From NCBI GenBank assembly GCA_951406725.2, contig OX597825.1, positions 67,022,001 to 67,086,000 of the forward strand: a DNA stretch of 64,000 nucleotides, written 5' to 3'. Position 1 is the stretch's first letter. Every line of letters starts with the position of its first letter. The notes beneath the pieces are model-generated. The model did no database searches. It saw nothing but the letters and a program-made list of their open reading frames with translations, and had not been told where the DNA came from. This document shows, one piece after another, positions 52,355 to 64,000 of this stretch. The position numbers were made by a program, and so were the translations under genes. The DNA is from Octopus vulgaris. Lineage: Eukaryota.

Positions 52355-52865
52355 CACGTCAATAAAGGGGACAAAGTCACTAGTCAGCACCAGTATTGCT
52401 GGAAATAAGAGTAAAAATTCTCTATAGACAACAAAAGCACTATCTTTTGAGTTTTAACTCCTATTTCTAGCAAGACTAGTACTGATTAGTGCCCTTGTTC
52501 ATTTTAGTGATGTATATGTATTTACTGTTAGGTTGTAAAATTGCGTATTAGCTGCCTATATTATATATACATATTACTTTAATGAAAATATTCAAAATGA
52601 ACTGATAAGCTTGTCCTGCTTTGGTTTTCTTTTCCTTTTTAATATATATATATATATGCACAAACATATATATATATTTCTTATAATATGCCTAGCATAT
52701 CTATATATAGATATTTTATATCAACATATCTATATGAATCTATGTACATGCGTATGCATGCGAGTGTCTCTGCTCAATTTCTCTCCCACTTACACATTCT
52801 CTCTCGCTCTCTCTGTGCGTATATATCGATAAATATGATGCATATGGACGTTAAATAACGATGTA

Positions 52866-52946
<81 letters not shown>

Positions 52947-53864
52947 CATGTGAGTTTTTTGTGTGTGTAGTTAGAGATATAAAGCGAGAAGCTTTCACAC
53001 GCATAAGTGTACAAGTGTTCGCGTGTGTCTTTGCTTCTGACTATAATACATAAACTATGTAAAAACAATATATTTTGTTAGGGTATGTTACTCTTATTTG
53101 ATAAAGCTCGAACAGGACATCGGATGAATGAAGATACGAGGATTCAATGAAGGACGATAACTTAATAAGATATATATATATATATTTGATTATAAAAACT
53201 GAATTAGTTGTTGTTTCAGGTTATAGCGATAACGTGGAAGAGAACATGGTCTATAGATTATAAACGTCGTGGAAACGTGTTCATGCCATTTTAATACTAA
53301 GATCTTTCAGATGTGATATTGCTTTTCTTCTTTATCAAAATGCGAAATAGTTATACGTATATAATTCATGTATTGGCATGAATCCTTTTAATATACACAG
53401 CAATGGAAAGTTAGTGTTGTTTCTCACACTTTGTGCAGTCATTGTAGGAAAATGAAACCAGAGTCACGTAGTAGATTTGCCAATATATTTAACTATATTC
53501 GAACTATTCAACATAACATAAGGTCAAAGGTTTTTGTGTATGAAGAAAGCGAAGAAGACATGATATTCATTCGTGTGCTTCCAAAATTAATGAAACCGTT
53601 TCATTGCATTTTGAAAAATGGGGAAACAATATATAGTGGATTCATTGTTTTTGTAACGCAGCAAAAATAATGTTGAAATCTAATTATATCCACTGTTACG
53701 TCTGCTTGCGTTCTGAGTTCAATTGCTGCACGAATTCACTTCCTATTTCCACTGTCCAGATTATAGAAAGGGCTACAACTTTAAAAACGATGTGTCTGTC
53801 TAGTCTTAATCCACTGATTAAAATCAGCAAAAATTATACACTGCAGCTCAAAATTTAAATATTC

Positions 53865-54050
53865 TTTTCTACTCTAGGCACAAAGCCTGAAATTTTGGGG
53901 GAAGGGGCCAGTCGATTCGAGCGACTGGTACTTAATTTATCGATCCAGAAAGGATGACAGGCAAAGTCGACCTCGGCGGAATCTGAACTCAGGACGAGAA
54001 GAGAGAGGAAATACTGCTAAGCACTTCGCCCGGCATGCTAAAGTTTCTGT
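53865..54050 (-). mobile_element. SINE group A
   Basis: GGCAAAGTCGACCTCGGCGGAATCTGAACTC core. Confidence 0.8.
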
Positions 54051-54759
54051 CACCTTTCAAAAGTTTAATATTACGAACAAATAATGAAGGAGAGCGGGAT
54101 ATTTTCCCGGAAAACCAAAACAAAACCATCTCTTTGAATGTGTCCAGTAAATATTTTACTGTGGGGGAGATATATTGTCGAGAAAGACTACTACCTAGTC
54201 TTTTAAAGCGTTACTATTCAAACAGAAGTAACGACCCATGTATACATTGTTTCACACGAAGTGCTTTCTCTTTAGCGAAAAGATTAAACAGTAACAACAC
54301 GTTTTCATAATTAGTTTCTGTTATTTTGAGGAAGTGAAATAATATGTTTGTATAAACTACAATCACTGATTTCATAACATGAAAGTGTAATAATGGAAAA
54401 TACTAAAATACTATAAAGCAAAATCCACGAATGTCCCCTAAACAAATTGCTAACAAATGAGAGATATAGTTTGATAAACTATTTCAAAATCACATATACA
54501 ATAATATTCGGTATACTATCTCTCTCTGTTTTACTCTTTTACTTGTTTCAGTCATTTGACTGCCATCATGCTGGAGCACCGCATGCGTCGGAAAAAATTC
54601 TTTCGGTTATTTCAAATCTCGCCGAGGTCGTCTTTGTTTTCTAGTTTTAAAATAAAGTACCATGGAAGTAAAGGGGCCGATGTTAACGACTTGTTCCTTA
54701 ACTCCTCAAAATTGCTGATTTAGTGTCAAATCTTGAAACAACTATTGATTTCAAAATTT

Positions 54760-55202
54760 AGCACAAGCTGAACAATTTCAAGACGAGAAGTTAAGGCGAT
54801 TTCCTTGATCTGAGTGTTCAGCTGTAATTAGTTTTTCGATCCCGAAATGGATGAAAGGCAAAGTCGAGCTCAGCAGAATTTGAACTCAGAATGTAAAGAC
54901 AGCGAGAAGTTAAGGCGATTTCCTTGATCTGAGTGTTCAGCTGTACTTAGTTTTTCGATCCCGAAATGGATGAAAGGCAAAGTCGAGCTCAGCAGAATTT
55001 GAACTCAGAATGTAAAGACAGCGAGAAGTTAAGGCGATTTCCTTGATCTGAGTGTTCAGCTGTACTTAGTTTTTCGATCCCGAAATGGATGAAAGGCAAA
55101 GTCGAGCTCAGCAGAATTTGAACTCAGAATGTAAAGACAGCGAACATGCAACTAAGTATTTTTTTCCCGGCGTGCTCACGATTCTTCTAGCTCGCCACCT
55201 TA
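54760..55202 (-). repeat. Group A SINE with a 120-bp internal segment triplicated in tandem
   Basis: Units start at ~54784, 54902 and 55022 and are almost identical. Confidence 0.9.
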
Positions 55203-55779
55203 AACTTGAAACAAGCATAGTTTTAAATCTACTCGCCCAGTGCAAGTGATATCAGCAAAACGTTAAATTTAATATTTTGTAACGTTACTTTACGACTTGA
55301 AATATAAGTATGCTAGATTCCACTTTGACATACTTCCTGCTCCCGTCAACTTCATTTACTAAATTCCTCTCTCTATAATGTATGACATAGAAAATGTAAT
55401 TATCATGTTATATTTCGCATTTACAGCAATAAATGTTGTTAACTGTTATTTGAGGCTGCCTTCAAGACACTCATTTAAAATCCGACATAGTTATATGGTG
55501 GTGACAATTTCATAAGATTACCATAAAGGTGGTATCAAACTTACACCCTCTGAGGGGAACGGAGAAAGAAAATGCAAATTTTCAAGGAATATTAATTATT
55601 TAAATTGCATATATAATTCCAAGATTAACATCAAAAACCTCAACGCTTATGTGAACAATATTAATGAGAATGTTAGAAGTTAAATAGATAATGGTAAAGT
55701 ATACATTTGTGACTTCAACGACAACAAAGTCAATGTGACAAGAGTGACAGGTATTAACAGCTTTAATAGAACGGTAGAT

Positions 55780-56000
55780 TGCCAGAAGCGTTAGCACGTC
55801 GGGCGAAATGCTTAGCGGTATTTCGTCTGCCATTACGTTGCGAATTCCGCCGAGGTCGACTTTACCTTTCATCATTTCGGGGTCGATTAAATAAGTACCA
55901 GTCACGCACTGTGGACGATGTAATCGACTTAATACCTATGTCTGTCCTTGTTTGTCCCCTCTGTGTTTAGCCACTTGTGGGTAATAAAGAAATAGGTATA
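55780..56000 (+). mobile_element. SINE group A (left member of inverted pair)
   Basis: Sense-orientation copy; B-box partly deleted. Confidence 0.9.
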
Positions 56001-56279
56001 AGAATATCAAAAATAAACAATAATATAAATAAGTAGTGAAAAATTTTTTTTAAATTGAAGGATGAAATTAAATAATACAAATAAATAATAAAAAATAAAG
56101 ATTGGTAATAATGAAAAAATAGATGTGAATAAATCAGCAACAGAAAAGGAAAAAAATTCGGTAAGAGAAATAGAATCAGTAACAGAAGTAATAACATATT
56201 ATTAAAGAATTTAGAAATAAATAAAAGAATTATAAAAAGGAGTATTTTTTAAGGGGTTATGGGAGAAGTAACTGAGAAG

Positions 56280-56470
56280 AGGAAATTGTGTTGAGTCCAA
56301 AAGGAGTTTGAATACGCAGAATGAAAATGTAACGGTGTTCCAGGCGGAGTCTAGAGTTGGTGGATCCATGGTTAGGGTAAGGCCAAATACGGTGAGATCT
56401 TAAGTAGATTGGTCGGCCAAGCGAAAATGACGGGCGACGATGTTTTTAAGTAGACAAACGTCTGGTAGGT
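56280..56470 (-). mobile_element. Penelope-like GIY-YIG C-terminal fragment
   Basis: IVARHFRLADQST*DLTVFGL...HGSTNSRLRLEHRYIFILRIQTPFGLN, with a frameshift; this is the typical PLE endonuclease end (xPxGLN). Confidence 0.65.
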
Positions 56471-56660
56471 TCACACAGGCAAAACACCTGAAATTTGAAG
56501 AAAAGCTAATTGTGTTACTCGACCTTGACACTATTATGTCTTCTCTTATTTTTCGACTTTGCCGCAGCGAAAGGAAAATCTATGATTTGGAAGTAAAACG
56601 TAAAGACTAGAAATATAATACCACGAAGCACTTTATCCCACGGGCTAACGATTCTGGCAA

Positions 56661-56900
56661 TATACCTATTTCTTTATTACCCACAAGAGGCTAAACATAG
56701 AGGGGACAAACAAGGACAGACATAGGTATTAAGTCGATTACATCGTCCACAGTGCGTGACTGGTACTTATTTAATCGACCCCGAAATGATGAAAGGTAAA
56801 GTCGACCTCGGCGGAATTTGAACTCACAACGTAACGGCAGATGAAATACCGCTAATTATTTCGCCCGGCGTGCTAACGTTTCTGCCAGCTCGCCGCCTTA
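56661..56900 (-). mobile_element. SINE group A (right member of inverted pair)
   Basis: Full-length copy; shares private variants with 55780-56000. Confidence 0.9.
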
Positions 56901-57615
56901 TTCTCATACCACACACCACACACACCAAACACAGATCTGCCTGCACACACGCACAGAGACAACACACATATACACATGCAGGCATGTACATGAACGTACA
57001 TACACTTTCACACACACATAGAGGTACACACATCTCCACACGCGCACACACACACACTCACACACACACACACACACATATATATACATATATATACAAC
57101 GAGAGAGACAGAGCGACACAAAGACAGATACACACGTACCCATACACATGTGCACATACATCTACACATTCTTACTCCGTCTCCACATATACATATACAT
57201 ACATACACACACAGTTACAACCACACAGACACGTTAACACGCGCACAAACCTACACACGTGAATTTATAACCACACACACATACAACCATAATACAAACT
57301 CTAACACCCACACACTCAGACAAACACACACAAATGCTACACCCACACATAAATGCTGACCATTTGCACAATCTCCTGTGCCAGCAAGCACTTTCTCTTC
57401 ATTTCTTCCGGTCATTTAAAAAATATGATTACACGTGATTGTTGCTGATCTTTTTACGCCTTTGTCTTGAACTCTCCGGTTTTCCCTGTTTCCGAAGAGG
57501 AGTTATGCTCGAAGCGCAAAACTACTACTCTTTTCTTTCTCTGAGCGTCTTATTAATGCTTGTGCTACGTCCACACGTTAGTTTGTTCTGATCTTTTTCT
57601 CTGTGTTTTTGAAGT

Positions 57616-57664
<49 letters not shown>

Positions 57665-57738
57665 TGTGTGTGTGTGTGTGTGTGTTTGTGTATGTATGTA
57701 TCTATACATACATATACATACATATAAATATATATATA

Positions 57739-57790
<52 letters not shown>

Positions 57791-57978
57791 ACAACAGTAG
57801 CATTCAAACGAATCGAACATAGTCTCCGATGGTTTTACATGGGACCAATTCCGCAGGGTAGAGATTGATTATAAGAAGAATCGATGTGAGCAGATATGGA
57901 GGCAATTATGCGGATAAACAAATTAAATATAAGAGCTTCGGATTGATATAGTATGTAAGTGTCTGTATGTGTGTGTGC

Positions 57979-58018
<40 letters not shown>

Positions 58019-58109
58019 ATGAGTGAGTATGTCTGTATATGTACGTATATACACGTATGCGAAAGCACACAGATAGTTGTATACAAATGTATATCTATCT
58101 ATCAAACAA

Positions 58110-58170
<61 letters not shown>

Positions 58171-58208
58171 TTATGAGATGACATTTTAAGAGAAAAAGAT
58201 GTAGTAAT

Positions 58209-58257
<49 letters not shown>

Positions 58258-58360
58258 GTTATGAATACATTTTGTTTTGTCCTGATATTACATACCATTA
58301 TCAATTTCCTTCACATCATTACGTTTACATCTCACTGGAATTATGTACAGATATTATTCT

Positions 58361-58482
<122 letters not shown>

Positions 58483-58747
58483 GACATAGATATATATATA
58501 TACATATATACACTACCATATTGCCATTGTATGATCAACCTAAATGTTTCGACCACAAGTAAATCTATATTTCGAACGCATGATTGGTTTTTTTAATATG
58601 AAGACAATCGAGCTTGGAGCAGAATAAATTTATCTAAATCAGAATAATTGTGATGGAGAATGCGTAAATCAACTCACATAAAAGCATCTGAATACACACA
58701 CACGTTCATTTATATATATACGTATATATTTGTATGTGCGTGTATGC

Positions 58748-58791
<44 letters not shown>

Positions 58792-59890
58792 TTCTAAATA
58801 TACACTCACATGCACACATTTATAACTGAATTATGTTTGATGTGTATATCATAATAAAACTGAAGCCAAGGTTACAAATATATGTATATTGAACATACAA
58901 TCGTAACCTTCATTACAGTTTTAAACACATAAACTTTGTATCGAAGTTTCAATTTATTAATCTGTACCGTCAGCATTGAACCAGAGTGTAAAATCTGGTT
59001 TAAACCTATCACCTTTAGAATACCTATACTAGAAATAGAATATGTGAACATATATTACAAACACACATTCTACGCTTACAAAGAGAATATGCAAGAATTA
59101 GATGAATATTTACTGTAGCATAGATGAAAGTATAGAATAAGCTCGTAAATCGGTGCGAACATAGAAGAAATCTACTAAATATCACTAATAATATATTACA
59201 GACATTTAAATTAAAAGTTTCTCCTCATTACCGTACTACATATATGTAATGAAATGAATAAGCTATTAACGGCAAATGCAGTTCATTAATAGCCTGGCAA
59301 TCGTAAAAGCATTAAACTTCACGACTTCTGTTGTCGATTTACCATGCACTTAGAGTTAGGGGAAATTGCAATGCACTTCACTAGACAATAGGAAAATGAA
59401 GTAGGTAGCAAGGTATTAGTTTCATTATTGAGATCACTTTTCCTGTCATGTTTAGTTTTACGCCAAAGATTCTTCCACAAATAATGTTTAATGATCGAAT
59501 CAATACTCCAGCATAACGCAATGTTGAAGTAAATTCGTTGACAACCATGCAAACCTATAAATAAAGGAATAAAGAAATTGTAGATGATGTGAAAGTCTAA
59601 CAGTCAAAATTTACCTCGTCAGAGCAACGTGTTTAATAATCACATTGACTCTGCATGTATTAAAAACGCAGGAATATTCGTCTATATCATCTCATACTGT
59701 ATATTGTAATTTTCCGAAGTCTGCTTAATATTTAGTTATCAGAACAGATACCCGCTTCAAAGTAATGTGTCTGGTGTCGTTTATAATGAATTTAAAGATC
59801 GCTGCAAGTTGCGTCAGATAATAAGATTATTAGAGGGCCAGTAGGTAACTAATCTAAAGTTGGACCTCGCGTTCATCTATTGTCATGTAT

Positions 59891-60100
59891 ACTCTTTTAC
59901 TCTTTTACTTGTTTCAGTCATTTTGACTGTGGCCATGCTGGAGCACCGCCTTTAGTCGAGCAAATCGACTCCAGGACTTATTCTTTGTAAGCCTAGTACT
60001 TATTCTATCGATCGCTTTGGCCGAACCGCTAGTTGCGGGGACGTAAACACACCAGCATCGGTTGACAAGAGATGTTGCGGAGACAAACAGAGACACACAA

Positions 60101-60160
<60 letters not shown>

Positions 60161-60323
60161 GACGGCTTCTTTCAGTTTCCGTCTACCAAATCCACTCACA
60201 AGGCATTGGTCGGCCCAAGGCTATAGTAGAAGACACTCGCCCAAGGTGCCACGCAGTGGGATTGAACCCGGAACCATGTGGTTCGTAAGCTAGCTATTTA
60301 CCACACAGCCACTCCTACGCCTA
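59891..60323 (-). mobile_element. SINE group B, full length
   Basis: Reverse-complement match to 29209-29618. Confidence 0.9.
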
Positions 60324-61426
60324 TGTATGATATTAAATGTATCTAATATGGTATTTCTACCGTTTACTTATATATCATAGCTGTTGGTATATCGTTTTTG
60401 ATTAATATTAAAGATATCGTTATGTCTAAGTTGTGTTTTATGTTATTTGATGTTGTTTTATTTCCTTTTGTTATTTGAACTTTTATAGTGGTACAAATTT
60501 GTATTATTGGTGTTTCTAAGTCTGTGGAAATCAATAACGACTTTGTTTTCATACTCAAACCAGTTTCCCAATTCTTGTTTTCGAACGAACATGTCTTTCA
60601 AAGAAAAATAATTATTTTATTGTCAGACAAGTATTGTTGAGTACGTTTCATGTACAAATCTTTTCTACATGAGCTACTCGTCCGTGAAGAATCAGCACAA
60701 GCTTTTATAACCACACCACAGAGAATCAGTTAACTGTGTATCACAATGGGTTCTAGCAAATATTTTGCCGATACTTACGGATTTTCTGAAGGCGATAACG
60801 AATGTTAACAATCATAGTTCGAAACTACTTTTTTTTCCTACAGGCAGTTATCGGTTTTGCAGATTCCTTCTTTGTGCATTAGCTTAGAATCCCTTATAGA
60901 AAAAAAAAACCCAAAAGGGATGTACAGTTTGTTTCGAGATAGGATATTTCTATACAAGCTTCCAGTTGCATTTGTATGCAGGCGTTGAGTTCCATATTTC
61001 CATTGAAGAAACGGAGATAAAACTTACGGCGATGATATACAAAATGAGTTTTTTCAATTAATATTTTCATTAATATTGTATGAGGAATATCTTAGTAATT
61101 TAACATAAAGCTAAGTTAAGAACTCAAATACAGTCAAATACGACTTGTATCCTTCGGTCTTAAAGGATTGTTTTATATTACAGTAGAGCATTTATAACTA
61201 AGTCTCAGTCTTGATTTCTTTGGCAGCAAATGGAAAAGAACGATACGCACATGCTTATATATCCAGTATTCAATTGTAAAGTGCTTGCATTGAGTTATTA
61301 CTTATTTCCCCAATATCTAGTCAGGAAGAATATGTGTCGGTCGAAAGGAAATGCCCTTCATAGTAACTATCGTTACATTATGAGTCTTCCGTTTTTCATA
61401 ACTCTACACCTGTCTATCTATACAGC

Positions 61427-61459
<33 letters not shown>

Positions 61460-61718
61460 CACACACGCACGCCCCAACCCGGGACCTTGAAGACTGCCTT
61501 AATGCAAGAAAGTATACCAGACCCTTAATATTTTATATTCAGTATTTCATCTATTCAATAAGACAATCAATACTTCATTTCATTTTGATATATATATTAT
61601 TTATACTATATATTCTATATTCTACATTCAATTTATAAAGAATATAAAAAAACATATAAATCAGAGTTGGAATTCCTTTGAATAATATATCTCCCTTTAT
61701 ACACAATCATACAAACCC

Positions 61719-61839
<121 letters not shown>

Positions 61840-61849
61840 TATAGATAGA

Positions 61850-61885
<36 letters not shown>

Positions 61886-62677
61886 TAGATAGTTAGATAG
61901 ATAGATAGATATATTATAAAACAATTCTTACAATTCGCCAAGAAAGTACGGAAGAGAAAATTGCAAGATAGTTTCGCCTCACCTCTATTCATCCATTTCA
62001 ATACAAAATTTCTGAACTTACGCTTTGTCGTAACTAAATTGAATTTCTCGATAAATGATAGCTCTACCACTACCACTACCACCACCACCACCACCAGCAT
62101 CTCTACCCAAGAAAAATTCTACCTCGTAGGGTAGTGCTAATCATGATTTTAAATCTTCTTCTTCACCAGCCGAACCAGTAGCAAACACCTTACTTTGCTG
62201 AATTTTTTTTCTTCTGTCTAAATATTGACATCTGCCGGACGTAAAATTTGGCACTCTCGAGATATGCAATATTCAAATAGAATGTAACTTGGCAGTTCTC
62301 CTCTTCGTACAAATGCAATATTTCAATATATACACAGACACACATTTACTTAACTTACATTCATCCTTACACACACACACACACAATCACACCTACTCAC
62401 ATATACACACACATTTAAACACGTATTGTGTCGGTAACAATCTCACCGTATTATGATTTGAGCATATTAGAAAGTATTGGTTGTTTTGCATTGTGGTTCG
62501 AACTATATATCTTGAACTTTTGGTACATTGCTACTCTAATGTCGTGTGTTATATTAAACCTTTCATTTACGTGAACGTGTCTTTAAAAATCTTCATCGCT
62601 CGTTGCAGAAATTTGGGACATTTTTGGATCACATTACTTTTGCGTCTACTATTGTGGTTGAAACTGTACTTACATAC

Positions 62678-63065
62678 GTGGAGGCGCAATGGCCTAGTGG
62701 TTAGGGCAGCGGACTCGCGGTCATAGGATCGCGGTTTCGATTCCCAGACCGGGCGTTGTGAGTGTTTATTGAGCGAAATCACCTAAAGCTCCACGAGGCT
62801 CCGGCAGGGGATGGTGGTGATCCCTGCTGTACTTTTTCACCACAACTTTCTCTCACTCTTACTTCCTGTTTCTGTTGTACCTGTATTTCAAAGGGCCGGC
62901 CTTGTCACTCTCTGTGTCACGCTGAATATCCCCGAGAACTACGTTAAGGGTACACATGTCTGTGGAGTGCTTAGCCACTTACACGTTAATTTCACGAGCA
63001 GGCTGTTCCGTTGATTCGGATCAACCGGAACCCTCGTCGTCGTAACCGACTGAGTGCTTCCATCC
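62678..63065 (+). mobile_element. SINE group C with 10-bp TSD
   Basis: A-box TGGCCTAGTGG, B-box GTTTCGATTCC; TSD ACTTACATAC at 62668-62677 and 63066-63075. Confidence 0.9.
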
Positions 63066-64000
63066 ACTTACATACATATATTCTGGATATACTTCTGGCC
63101 TTGTGAAGGGAGTTAACAACGATACAATGTGATTATATCTTCGCTGTTATCCCCCTTATTTCAGTTTCAGTGTAAAATCCATTATCATTTTTGGACGACA
63201 GTTGTAAATGTTGGATGATAATGTTTGCTTGAATATTTTGTTGGATTTCCACAAACATTACTTTTATGTGTTTAGAAACCTTGGTTGGGATAGATCTGTA
63301 TCAGTTTAGAGTATTAGGAGAAATTAATCTATATCAAGAACAAATCGTTTGGCAGCAGTTAACCCGTGTTTCTCCAGTCTTCCCTGGAGACGTCTTATAT
63401 TTCAATACTGTAAGTTTTAAGTTGTATATTTAACTAGCTTCAAGACATTAAGTATTTAAACGTCTGGCTGAAATTTCTCATAGTTCGATTCTAGAGTTTA
63501 GTCATTAGCTTGTCTCGAGAAACTATTAATATGCAAGAAACTATTAATATGCATATGCAAGAAGTAATTAATTTGAACATAATTTTTGGTTTATACATTA
63601 TATTGTAAGAAGTGCTGTATTGTGAAATCAATGAACACGAAGAGAACGGAAACAGGACAGTAGGGATACGTTTTAAGAAAGTTAATTTTTTAACGTGTAA
63701 AAGGAAGGGATCCCTTCAGACACACACACACACAATCACACACACCCAAACACACACGCACACACACACACATACACACACACATATATATATATATACA
63801 TACACTCACATTCACGCACGCATGCACACACACACATATGAAAAATCAAAATAAGTAACAGGATATCAAGTAGTAATGCAGTATGGCCGTTTCAAGTGGC
63901 TCCATGTAATTGAACAATGCAATCATTACAGTGCTATCTTCAGTTGCACAAATAAATTGAATCTTAACAAGTAGTACACATTAATATAATTTCTATTAAA

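Noticed and set aside
59343-59554. Possible upstream GPCR exon (good acceptor tttatttatag|g, donor atg|gtaaat)
   Set aside because: There is no TM1-TM3 pattern in the open frame, and direct splicing to 46851 would create TGA instead of Arg. It could still be a non-coding exon but is unsupported.

Overview
AT-rich eukaryotic genomic DNA saturated with (TA)n/(CA)n/(TATG)n/(GATA)n microsatellites and tRNA-derived SINEs. The repeat landscape looks like an octopus (coleoid cephalopod) genome, which is an inference from repeat content. Almost all six-frame ORFs are microsatellite artefacts. The only host coding sequence I can support is the last coding exon (TM3-end to C-terminus) of a class A neuropeptide-type GPCR at 46125-46851 (-). 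I could not find its TM1-TM3 exon in the window, so 46852-64000 is probably intron. The rest is decayed mobile DNA: several Penelope-like element (PLE) fragments (RT thumb, GIY-YIG), R4/Dong-, CR1- and RTE-type LINE pieces, three SINE groups and several MITEs. The window also holds about a dozen hammerhead-ribozyme (HHR) motifs in short elements next to (TA)n tracts, several built into long fold-back palindromes. The most striking signal is two sequence-divergent elements (20446-20512 and 34052-34115, both minus strand). Each carries all hammerhead core strands with covarying stems I and III, but in a strand order that is not type I, II or III, i.e. a non-circularly permuted (pseudoknotted) hammerhead. 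One of them sits in a ~784-bp non-coding tandem unit. All structures were folded by eye; none is experimentally or computationally verified.
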